This document shows, piece after piece, positions 38,989 to 47,820 of a stretch of 64,000 bases of DNA. Within the stretch, counting starts at the first letter, position 1. Each line of letters starts with the position of its first letter. The translations under genes and the position numbers were made by a program. The notes below the pieces were generated by a model. That model was not told the DNA's origin, did not search any database, and saw only the letters and a list, made by a program, of their open reading frames with translations. Source of the DNA: Myxococcota bacterium (GTDB taxonomy: Bacteria > Myxococcota > XYA12-FULL-58-9 > JABJBS01); contig JAYZAY010000073.1 in the NCBI GenBank assembly GCA_036339465.1, forward strand, positions 1 through 64,000. Reading direction: 5' to 3'.

Positions 38989-41286
38989 TTAACAAGATAC
39001 TGGATTAGATTCCCCTGGGCTTGCCATCCCCAAACACCAACTGCCATCCGAGGCTCGGTAGAGCGTCGAACCGCTCCGAGGCATCAGTACTGGCGTCGAA
39101 AAGAGCGTTGTACCATCTTGGCCACGGATCTCAATCTCGAGATCACTATTGAACATATTGAGGCCATCAACAATCACATCTACAGCCACCTCCGACTCAC
39201 TTCCGCCTGCCACCAAGAATTCTCCGGCCCCCAAAGGATAACATTGGTCTAAACCAATGAGTTCTTCACGAGGTGGGCTCTCGCCCTTTTTAGCCACCAA
39301 AAGAATGCCACCCACGTCCACTTCCACCGAACCGGCATTATAAAATTCGACCCACTCTTTCTTACTATCGGTAGAATCTGGATTTGCCATTAACTCCGAA
39401 ACAATCAACGCACCCTCCAAAGCCACCCGCGCCGCCTGAGGGCTCTGACCATCCACAAGACAACCAGCACCACAGACATTGGCAAAACCCGGGCTACCTC
39501 GGCCATCAAACACACCTGTGAGTTGAGACTGGCAATAAGCGTCCGCCGTATCATTTCCGGTAGCGCTTAGGTTCGCGGGATTAAGAGCATAGGAATAGCC
39601 CGATTGGGCTGCCAACACGTGAGATTCATCGATAACGAGGTCTCCCTGGGTCAATGTCAACTTGAGGGCGTTCGTATTGTAGAGTGCGAGTGAATCCACA
39701 ACCATCCCAATATTCTTCAGATTACCGTTCAACGTCGTATCTGCCTCTGGCGCCATCAAGAAATAACTTCCGGCGTCGGCCACAATACAGTCCTTTCCTA
39801 AAAGACTAAATTTTCGACTGTTTCCGGAGCCATCATCATTTTGAGCCACTGCGACTTCGAGCCCATTTAAATAGCGGGATTCATCGGCCGCCACATAGAG
39901 TTCCAAGAAATCCTTACCACCGGTTTTGGGATAAGCGTAAACCTCTGAGACGATCACATCACCGGCAACAAGCTCAACGATTTCGGCATAGCCACCATCC
40001 ACCACACAACTCTTCGAACCACAGATACCGTTCATAAACCCTGGAGTCGGCACCACGGGCTCATCGGAAACCTGAAACCCATCCCCTGAGAGACATCCGT
40101 CACCGGCCGCAGTCTTGGGTGTGGTACTCAAAGCATCACGCATCCACGACATTCCATCCGCCACGTCCGACTCGAAAACCACACTGGACAAGACCGCCCC
40201 ATCCAAAGAAATTCGGACCTGAGTTCCCGCACCATTGGGCACACTAAGTCCCTCAAATCCCACAACCGCGCCCCCTTCCACCACCGGAGAACTGCCCTGC
40301 GCCGCATAAAAGACCCCATAGGCCCCCGGTGCCAAACTGAAGCATTTTGCTCGTTCTAGCAATCCAGTAAAACCCTTGGCCCCACTGGCACGAATCACCT
40401 CTACGAGTAGGCCGTTCAAGTCGACACTCTTCTGGGAATGATTCTGGATCTCTATCCATTCAAAACCCTGGTCGCTGCCGCCCGGGTTGGCAAAAACCTC
40501 GGTAATCAACAGATCACCTTCAACGGGAAAAACAGTATCGCGGGATACTCCACCATCATCACATTTTAAAAAACCGCATAGGGGATTGTTCTCGCCTGGT
40601 GTCGTGGGCCTTGCAGCCCCCTCTTCACTCGAGGTTTCACACCAATACTCTCGAGAATCGTTTCGTCGGCTGTCCGGTGTAAAGCTACCGTCCAAAGCCA
40701 AAGAATTCCCGGTTTTCGGGGCGGGTAAATTTTCCTCACCACCGTAAATGATGGAATCGATCAACGTGGTGCCGCAGCGTAAGCCAATCCCCCCACTCTC
40801 TTGTCCCAAGGTTCCAAAGCTCTCGCCGAATCGATCGGAACTATCAACTGAATCCGTACCATCGTGTTCAAACCGTAAATCATAGGAATAGTGTAAGAAA
40901 TCCAACGAACCAGCATTCCCGAACACACGATGGGACTTTGCTGGGATAAACATGCCTCGCCTCACAGAGTGATAGGCTTGGCGGGTTATCCCCCCATCGC
41001 CACTCACCCCGTAACGCTCAAGGAGCATCCGATTAATCTCTTGTCCTTCATCCGAAGCGTTATAAACCTCAAACCATTCCCCATCGAAATCCGTACCAGC
41101 GGGATCAACAAAAAACTCCGTAATAACCAATTGCCCAGATTGAGCCGAGCATACTCTATCTTCGTTATTCTCGACCTGACAGGCCTGTAAAATGAGTATG
41201 CCCAAAGAAAACACAACCTTGCGAAGTAATGGAGCAGACAACAAGGTTTGTAGGAAAGAGCGAGACCCTGAGCGTAGACATACCAT
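38989..41286 (-). CDS. Lipoprotein with four lamin-tail-domain (LTD)-like repeats
   Basis: Lipobox-like LQAC; repeats LVITEFFVDP..EWFEVYN, LLITEVFANP..EWIEIQN, VIVSEVYAYP..DFLELY, LIVSELMANP..EWVEFYN, each closing with C..(T/S)PG..N. Confidence 0.8.
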   Translation of the reverse strand: MVCLRSGSRSFLQTLLSAPLLRKVVFSLGILILQACQVENNEDRVCSAQSGQLVITEFFVDPAGTDFDGEWFEVYNASDEGQEINRMLLERYGVSGDGGITRQAYHSVRRGMFIPAKSHRVFGNAGSLDFLHYSYDLRFEHDGTDSVDSSDRFGESFGTLGQESGGIGLRCGTTLIDSIIYGGEENLPAPKTGNSLALDGSFTPDSRRNDSREYWCETSSEEGAARPTTPGENNPLCGFLKCDDGGVSRDTVFPVEGDLLITEVFANPGGSDQGFEWIEIQNHSQKSVDLNGLLVEVIRASGAKGFTGLLERAKCFSLAPGAYGVFYAAQGSSPVVEGGAVVGFEGLSVPNGAGTQVRISLDGAVLSSVVFESDVADGMSWMRDALSTTPKTAAGDGCLSGDGFQVSDEPVVPTPGFMNGICGSKSCVVDGGYAEIVELVAGDVIVSEVYAYPKTGGKDFLELYVAADESRYLNGLEVAVAQNDDGSGNSRKFSLLGKDCIVADAGSYFLMAPEADTTLNGNLKNIGMVVDSLALYNTNALKLTLTQGDLVIDESHVLAAQSGYSYALNPANLSATGNDTADAYCQSQLTGVFDGRGSPGFANVCGAGCLVDGQSPQAARVALEGALIVSELMANPDSTDSKKEWVEFYNAGSVEVDVGGILLVAKKGESPPREELIGLDQCYPLGAGEFLVAGGSESEVAVDVIVDGLNMFNSDLEIEIRGQDGTTLFSTPVLMPRSGSTLYRASDGSWCLGMASPGESNPVSC

Positions 41287-41367
41287 TGTTCGACATATCC
41301 TTGTGGCAATATAATTCGGGCAGCAGGCCTAACTTATTTATCCACTTAGGGTGCCGGGTCAATAAGT

Positions 41368-41841
41368 CTATTTCATTTTAGAAGCACAATCGGGATCAAA
41401 ACACTCACCATATAGCTCCATTTTGTGACTTGTCACATGAAAACCATAGCGAGCTGCCACCTCCTCCTGTAGGGCCTCGATTCTATCATCGACGAACTCG
41501 ACAATTTTTCCGCACCTTGTGCAAATCAAATGGTCGTGGTGGGCATCCCCTGCATCACTGGGCTCGTATCGGGTGTAGCCATCCTCAAAATGACGGGCCT
41601 CGGCCAACCCGCAATCCAGCAAGAACTTCATGGTACGATAAACCGTGGCCTGACTGATTTTGGGGTCTTTTTCACGCGCTCGCTGCATAATATCCTCAAC
41701 GCGCATGTGTTCTTGTGAGCTGAAAAAAACCTCGGAGATCACCTCGCGCTGCCGCGAATTTTTCATGCCTAGTTCCTGGATATGGAAACGTAGCTGCTCT
41801 AATTTTTCTTTGAGAATCGTGGACACCTTAACCTCACTCAA
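41368..41841 (-). CDS. fur: Fur family transcriptional regulator
   Basis: SRQREVI, ISQATVYRT, HHDHLICTRCGKIVEF, HKMELYGEC. Confidence 0.93.
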   Translation of the reverse strand: MSEVKVSTILKEKLEQLRFHIQELGMKNSRQREVISEVFFSSQEHMRVEDIMQRAREKDPKISQATVYRTMKFLLDCGLAEARHFEDGYTRYEPSDAGDAHHDHLICTRCGKIVEFVDDRIEALQEEVAARYGFHVTSHKMELYGECFDPDCASKMK

Positions 41842-41901
41842 TACTAGTTAGCCCATCAAAATGCCTGGGTCAACATATCCTAAGCACCTAACTCACAAAG
41901 C

Positions 41902-42834
41902 TTATGAGGCTTCCAATTCCAAAACCGCCACTCCTTGAGCACACTGCAAAAAAAGCTCATGACCAAAAATAACACAGTCCCCTGGTATGGAATCACCGGA
42001 TTCATCCACTCGCAATCCCCGCTTCACGAAAAAAAGTTCGTCCTCCACTTCCACATAGACCCGCAGAAAAAACCTCGCCCCCGAGGCAAATCGCACCACA
42101 TGTTCAGCATCCCACTCCTTTTGCCGAATTCTTCCAAAACTGGCATCGGGTCGACCCGCCCGCGGGGTCTGACTGCCATCCTCAAGTTGCGGACACCCCT
42201 CTGGCAAACCATGGACCGCAGCCTTTTTCAATAATTCTAAAAGCGCCGGTGCCGCCCGACGCCCCGCCGCGTGAAATATCTCCGCTCCGGAATCGGTTTG
42301 GGATACGGCAAAGGGTTGCGTAGACAGAACAGGACCATGATCTTCTCTAGTATCCATATGATGAATCGAGACAAACCAGTCTCGAATACCCCAGTGCAGC
42401 TGCCAAAGGATCGGCGATGGCCCTCTCCACTCGGGTAATTTCGATGGATGAATATTCAAGGCCCCCTCCTTAAACGCCTCCAACACACCTATTGGAAAAA
42501 GCCTTGAAAAACCTGCACATACGAGAATATCCCCCTGGAGCTTCTCAATTTCTATTTTGGTTAACTCAGACCCAATATCCGAAATCTCCAAAACAGGGAT
42601 CCCCGCTCCAAGGGCGAGGTCTGTGGTGGTCGGTTGATTTTGGGAAAACCAAGTCTTGAAGTGGCTTCGCACCCCAGCCCGGCGCCATCGAAAATGGGGT
42701 TCGTTGTTTCCTCCCCGTCGTCCTAAAAGACAAGTCGTCACCTGAAAATGTTCGTCTTGGGCCCTTAAGAGATAGTCCAATACCGGGGGCGCAAAAGGAC
42801 CGTTTTGCCCTGCAAAAACAACCGATAGCGTCAT
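41902..42834 (-). CDS. Formyltransferase family protein (N10-formyl-THF dependent)
   Basis: LNIHPSKLPEWRGPSP and HHMDTREDHGP motifs; substrate unknown. Confidence 0.8.
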   Translation of the reverse strand: MTLSVVFAGQNGPFAPPVLDYLLRAQDEHFQVTTCLLGRRGGNNEPHFRWRRAGVRSHFKTWFSQNQPTTTDLALGAGIPVLEISDIGSELTKIEIEKLQGDILVCAGFSRLFPIGVLEAFKEGALNIHPSKLPEWRGPSPILWQLHWGIRDWFVSIHHMDTREDHGPVLSTQPFAVSQTDSGAEIFHAAGRRAAPALLELLKKAAVHGLPEGCPQLEDGSQTPRAGRPDASFGRIRQKEWDAEHVVRFASGARFFLRVYVEVEDELFFVKRGLRVDESGDSIPGDCVIFGHELFLQCAQGVAVLELEAS

Positions 42835-42849
42835 CTAACGTCGATACGC

Positions 42850-44346
42850 CTAGAACCGGAATTGTGCAACTAAGCGCATTTCTCTTTCAGTTTTGCCCGC
42901 CTCGCTCCCGAGAAGTTGATCCCCATAGTAATGCTCCGAAAACATCGCCGAAACCAACCCGATATTGGACCAAAAATAGTAATGAAGCGCCACTCTGGCC
43001 TGAAGCTCATTCCGAATCTTCTTCAGTTCGTGTTCCGCCTCTGAATCCGGATTCTGCTCAAACTCGGAAGCCAAGAATCCACCCACATCAAATCCAAGCA
43101 TCAAACGCTTGGGCCAAAGTAGGATTCCAAACTCCGCCCGCGATGCCGATTGCCAGGCGCCCCAATTCAACTCGCGTTTGGTATAGTTCTCAGCTTCGAA
43201 GACCAGTCTTTTCCAGCGAAAAACCACCGCAGTATTGATGGCGGGATATCGCTCCCCTGCTCGCTGATCATATTTCACACCAAACCTGAGGGAAAGGCTG
43301 GTTGAAGTGGGCTGAAGTATGAAGGGTGTGTCCCAGCGGCTGTAGTAACCAATCACATTATAAACAAGCTGGGCACCCGCTGAATACGTGTAGTTGCGAT
43401 TGTCATAACGGTAGTAGCGACCGCCAATATTCCCAGTAGACCGACCGCTACCACCGGCGACAAAAACGCGATAATTGAGCACGCCACCGTCCACACCAGG
43501 AACCGGACCCTCCATATCCACAGCGGCACCGTTGCCCTGCTCAAAAGCTGAAGCAATGTAGTACGCAGGATCCAAAAGTAGCTGCTTGGCCGACGATTTA
43601 ACCAACGATGCAGACAAACCGCCACCACCACTGTTAATATTGATTCGGTGTCCTCCCCCCACGGGTACCTGGAACATCGCAAAGGTCAGACGGGGGGTTT
43701 TTTCGGCTCGAAGACTTACCAGATAGAAAGAATCTTGAATCAAGGGAATGGGGCCAAAGGAGCGAAGTTGCAACTTCGTAACCCGAGTATCTGTTTTTTG
43801 CTCCACAAAATCATATTCCTGAGCCAAATTTCCGACAATTGAAAACTTCATGCCAGGAGAACCACGACAAATCGCAACCTCGGGAGAATTCGCACAACCC
43901 GGATCAGCACAATCCACCAAACCATCAAAATCGTTGTCGATACCATCGGAACATAGGAGGTCATTGCGCTCACCATCATTATCCTGAGCCGGCGCGGATT
44001 GAATAGACGCATCCGCCTTCACGGGTGCACCTCCGTCCCAGGAACCCTTACAAACTTTGATGGTCGGCCCCTGACATAAAAAGTCGTCACAGTCCGTGTA
44101 GCCATTGCCATCATTGTCGATCCAATCGCTACAACGAAGATCCGTATTCTCGGCTTCACCGTCAGGCTTACATGCCTCGGTCTTCATACAATCCGCATCA
44201 GCGCAATCAACCATGCCATCGGCATCATCGTCGCTACGATCACTACAATTGGTTTCCGGTGCAGCGTGCGCAAAGCTCACCCCAAAAAACGGCGTTGCAC
44301 CCAGTAAAAACAAAAAGTTCCACGCTAAAACTAAACGTCTATTCAT
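42850..44346 (-). CDS. Exported protein: three Cys/Asp-rich repeats + probable outer-membrane beta-barrel
   Basis: Signal peptide ending AHA; CSD..D(N/D)D.(D/N)G..DC.D..C x3; beta-rich C-terminal domain ending RLVAQFRF. Confidence 0.72.
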   Translation of the reverse strand: MNRRLVLAWNFLFLLGATPFFGVSFAHAAPETNCSDRSDDDADGMVDCADADCMKTEACKPDGEAENTDLRCSDWIDNDGNGYTDCDDFLCQGPTIKVCKGSWDGGAPVKADASIQSAPAQDNDGERNDLLCSDGIDNDFDGLVDCADPGCANSPEVAICRGSPGMKFSIVGNLAQEYDFVEQKTDTRVTKLQLRSFGPIPLIQDSFYLVSLRAEKTPRLTFAMFQVPVGGGHRININSGGGGLSASLVKSSAKQLLLDPAYYIASAFEQGNGAAVDMEGPVPGVDGGVLNYRVFVAGGSGRSTGNIGGRYYRYDNRNYTYSAGAQLVYNVIGYYSRWDTPFILQPTSTSLSLRFGVKYDQRAGERYPAINTAVVFRWKRLVFEAENYTKRELNWGAWQSASRAEFGILLWPKRLMLGFDVGGFLASEFEQNPDSEAEHELKKIRNELQARVALHYYFWSNIGLVSAMFSEHYYGDQLLGSEAGKTEREMRLVAQFRF

Positions 44347-44369
44347 TTCCTATTCTCCAACCGGACAAA

Positions 44370-45554
44370 TTATTCGAAACATACTTTGATTTCATCATTA
44401 CAAACTGTGACCAAGGGATTCCATCGACAATCCCAATCCTCACAATCCACATAGGTATCACCATCATTATCTAAACCGTCACTACAAAATCGATTTACCT
44501 TCATTAGCGCATCCGCATCCTGCTTGCTCAAATCGAGGTTGCCATTGGCATCGTAGAGCCCTGACCGAGCATCAGGGAGATAGGCGCTCTCACGGCATAC
44601 CTGCTTCACTTCGACACTATCGGCCCTTGAGCAGGAGAAATCACCACAATCGATATAGCCGTTACCATCATTATCAATACCATCGCTGCACCTCTCCACC
44701 GTATTTTCTAAGATCGATGCACAATAGTCCACGACCGCTTGAATCCCCGACTTCGTACAACTGTAGTCTGCGCAATCCACATAACCATTGCCGTCATTAT
44801 CGATACCATCCTGGCATTTATCTAAGGTGTCTTCTTCTTTCTCTTCGCAAAAACTCGCCACTGCCTGATCCGGCGACTTCGAGCATGAGAAATCGGCACA
44901 ATCCACATAGCCATTCCCATCATTATCGATCCCATCCTGACACTTGGGCAGGGTGTCCTCGGGCTCACTCGCAGCCGAAGTCGTTCCTGCGGAGTCAGAA
45001 ACACAAAAAGACGCACAGCCCGTGTCTTTACAATCGATATTTCCATCGCCGTCGTCATCTTCACCGTTGCTACAAAGCTGTGCCGTATTCTCCACACACA
45101 CCGTCACAAAGAGTCCCATTCGACAGCTAAAATCCTCACAGTCCACATAACCATTGCCATCATTATCGAAGCCATCGGCACACATGGCATCACTAAATTC
45201 CGTTGCACAACAATGCTCGGGGATTGTATTGCAATCCGAATCACCACAATCAAACTGGCCATCGTTGTCATTGTCGATAAAATCCCAGCACTCATCACCC
45301 TCTTCTTTGGCTGAATCCTGAGGTTCTGGGGGTAAATACTCACCACACAGAGTTGAAAGCTCCAAACAATCACTGTCTTCACAATCAATACGGTTGTCAC
45401 CATCATTGTCCATGCCATCAGAACAGGCATCGTCGTTGGTCTCATAGCCATAAACAGGCTGCGAAGGACGGACATATTCACATGCAGGCAGACTAACGAT
45501 TAAAAGAGAGATCCCAAAAACAGAACTTATTAAACCTAGAACAGTTTTTTTCAC
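44370..45554 (-). CDS. Lipoprotein with eight Cys/Asp-rich (CxDGxDNDGxGxxDCxDxxC) repeats
   Basis: GTG at 45554 after AGGAG; lipobox-like LPAC; eight repeats counted in the translation. Confidence 0.82.
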   Translation of the reverse strand: MKKTVLGLISSVFGISLLIVSLPACEYVRPSQPVYGYETNDDACSDGMDNDGDNRIDCEDSDCLELSTLCGEYLPPEPQDSAKEEGDECWDFIDNDNDGQFDCGDSDCNTIPEHCCATEFSDAMCADGFDNDGNGYVDCEDFSCRMGLFVTVCVENTAQLCSNGEDDDGDGNIDCKDTGCASFCVSDSAGTTSAASEPEDTLPKCQDGIDNDGNGYVDCADFSCSKSPDQAVASFCEEKEEDTLDKCQDGIDNDGNGYVDCADYSCTKSGIQAVVDYCASILENTVERCSDGIDNDGNGYIDCGDFSCSRADSVEVKQVCRESAYLPDARSGLYDANGNLDLSKQDADALMKVNRFCSDGLDNDGDTYVDCEDWDCRWNPLVTVCNDEIKVCFE

Positions 45555-45565
45555 GTCGATTACTC

Positions 45566-46543
45566 CTAACGCAGACACACAGCTCGGTTGCCACCATATC
45601 GCCGCTTAAAGGGCACGTAGGTCATACAGCTATCGATTGTTCTCGTGGCCGCCACAAGTTTGCCATCCGCTTCTAATTTACGCAGATGCACTTCAACGCG
45701 CTTACGGTCTTTATGGGGTATAAAAGCAGCGACATTGTGTAACTTTAGCCAAATCGTCAAAAGATATTCCAATCGCACATCGTCATGGGGGGCGATGAGA
45801 TCTCGAATGTCGTCGTTCTGCTTTAATTCTGCGATGCAGGTCGTGATCACTGCGGGGGCCACAGTCACCTTATCCACACAGACCTCCTCACATTCTCGGT
45901 AAAGCTTTTGGTGCCTCAATTTCTCAGAGTGCCCGTCGGCAGAAGAAACCACTCGATTGTAAGCGAATTTTCTGCCCCCCTCATCGATAGAATGGAGAGA
46001 GGTTAAAACAAACTCGGGAACCCCGTGGGCCCACATTCCCCGGCGTTCACGCTGCGCCTTTGCTTGCACCTCTATGAGCTCTGGTGCTGCCCCTTCAGCC
46101 GTGACCGTCATAGCATGGGCTAAGCCCTTGGCCACTTGGTCCTTCCTTAGACTGGGACAATCAAAGAGGGTCCGCCCATAGATATCTTTTTCACCTTCGG
46201 ATTGACACGCCCAGGAGCCTCGCTCAGCATTTCTCGTCGCCATCTTTGCGTTGATATAAAGTTCCTTCGCCGTCCATTTTCCCCATCGATGAACAGGACC
46301 ATGACTTTCGAGGGTATTGAAACCCGCCAAACGTCCCTTCGTACCCGTATATTTCCCTTCGAGAACCCGAAAACTATCACCATCGTTGAAATAAACCGGT
46401 GAAGGTGTTCCGTTCACCTTCACCATAGCCCTCGCTCCCGCCATGGCCAATGAACCAAGACAAAAAGCAACCAGCCAGAACACAACGGACGTCTGGTTTA
46501 AGTATCTCGGACACTTAAATCCCTTTAAATGTAATATTCTCAT
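45566..46543 (-). CDS. Exported thermonuclease (SNase) family protein with C-terminal extension
   Basis: DGDSF, RLAGFNTLE, DIYGR, GLAH, AQRERRGMW; start uncertain (ATG 46543 used). Confidence 0.8.
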   Translation of the reverse strand: MRILHLKGFKCPRYLNQTSVVFWLVAFCLGSLAMAGARAMVKVNGTPSPVYFNDGDSFRVLEGKYTGTKGRLAGFNTLESHGPVHRWGKWTAKELYINAKMATRNAERGSWACQSEGEKDIYGRTLFDCPSLRKDQVAKGLAHAMTVTAEGAAPELIEVQAKAQRERRGMWAHGVPEFVLTSLHSIDEGGRKFAYNRVVSSADGHSEKLRHQKLYRECEEVCVDKVTVAPAVITTCIAELKQNDDIRDLIAPHDDVRLEYLLTIWLKLHNVAAFIPHKDRKRVEVHLRKLEADGKLVAATRTIDSCMTYVPFKRRYGGNRAVCLR

Positions 46544-46754
46544 AACTCGGATTCCTTTGTTGGGCCGGTGAGAAAAGTTCCATCGCAGGCAGCAGCGGGC
46601 CAGGTGCATCTCATGGTTGGAGACAAGAGTCTAGGTCGAAGTATAATCTTTTTTCTTTTGTGCCTAAGAGCTTGACCTTCGCAAAGAAACGGTTGACTTG
46701 TTAGATTTTGAGGATGAACACTTGGCTCTCGAACTCGGAGGAGCGTAACAACCA

Positions 46755-47321
46755 ATGATTCGACTCATCTTGATATTCGCTCTTCCATGGGGGGCTCTAT
46801 CCGCCTGCATCGTTGATGACGGCAGTCTAAACAGCGACTTCAAAACCCACGATACCCCCATTGACCGCCAAGAGCTCAGCTCCACCGAGGTGTTTTCTTA
46901 CCCTGCTACGGTTCGTTCAGTGATCGATGGTGACACCATTGAGGTCCTGTATGAAAATGAAAAGCTTCGCATTCGTCTGAAAGGCATAGATACTCCTGAA
47001 TTAACCAAATGTTCCCCTTGTCCCGAACGATTCGCCCAAAACGCGAAACAAATTGTCTGGAATGCCATCGGTAATTCTGTCGTGGGCCTCGAATTCGACA
47101 GCCAATGTGCTTCAATGCCCTTGGATACATGTCGCGACATGTATGATCGGGTGCTAAGCTATGTACGACTTCCTGGAAACATCGACCTCGGCGAGGAGCT
47201 CATTGTTCGTGGACTCGCCCGAGTCTACCGATACAACAACGAAATCTTCGACCGCCTAAGCCCCTATGTCATTGCCCAAGACACCGCCAAAATCAATCAA
47301 CAGGGTATTTGGAGCCCCTAA
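46755..47321 (+). CDS. Thermonuclease (SNase) family lipoprotein
   Basis: Lipobox LSAC; VIDGDT, RLKGIDTPE, DMYDRVLSYV, GLARVY, GIWS. Confidence 0.9.
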   Translation: MIRLILIFALPWGALSACIVDDGSLNSDFKTHDTPIDRQELSSTEVFSYPATVRSVIDGDTIEVLYENEKLRIRLKGIDTPELTKCSPCPERFAQNAKQIVWNAIGNSVVGLEFDSQCASMPLDTCRDMYDRVLSYVRLPGNIDLGEELIVRGLARVYRYNNEIFDRLSPYVIAQDTAKINQQGIWSP

Positions 47322-47403
47322 AACAAGGCCATTTTACCGTTTTGTTTACAAATCCTACCGCCAATGTAATCTTGTTATGAATTTCGAACTTTGGGGAGGC
47401 TGC

Positions 47404-47820
47404 ATGCCGGCGCTAAGTCTATGGGGAAGGAAAGAATACAGTCACCCCTTACCGGTACTCGAGCTACCACCAATTCCTGCTCATTCGGCCATCAATCGAC
47501 GATTGCTCCCCCGATTCCTCGGGGAATTCCAAATTCACGACCACGACCACAACGATGACTATACCGGTATCAACGTCTCCTTTGGTGGACTGAGATGCTA
47601 CACTCAAAATCCGGTCTGGCCTGGTAATATCATCAATATATCCTTCAACCTACCCGGCCTCGACAAATCCATTGCCGCCAAAGCAAAGGTTGAAGAAATT
47701 ATCGGTACCGGAGAAAAACTCGGTATGCGGCTCCGATTCGTTGACATCAAAGAAAATGAAAGAAAACGAATCGCAATTTGGATGACAAAACTCACTACGG
47801 GAAAAGAGAGAGCACCCTAG
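47404..47820 (+). CDS. PilZ domain protein
   Basis: RRLLPR (RxxxR) and NVSFGG (D/NxSxxG), GMRLRF; GGAGG upstream of ATG 47404. Confidence 0.78.
   Translation: MPALSLWGRKEYSHPLPVLELPPIPAHSAINRRLLPRFLGEFQIHDHDHNDDYTGINVSFGGLRCYTQNPVWPGNIINISFNLPGLDKSIAAKAKVEEIIGTGEKLGMRLRFVDIKENERKRIAIWMTKLTTGKERAP

Noticed and set aside
41902..42834. Assignment as fmt or as a siderophore formyltransferase
   Set aside because: Lacks the typical Fmt N-terminus and def linkage; no siderophore genes nearby; left at family level
44370..45554. Recurrent DNA similarity (ccatcattatc... motifs) as a nucleotide repeat element or Fur boxes
   Set aside because: Explained by codons of the DNDG protein repeats, which vary at synonymous positions
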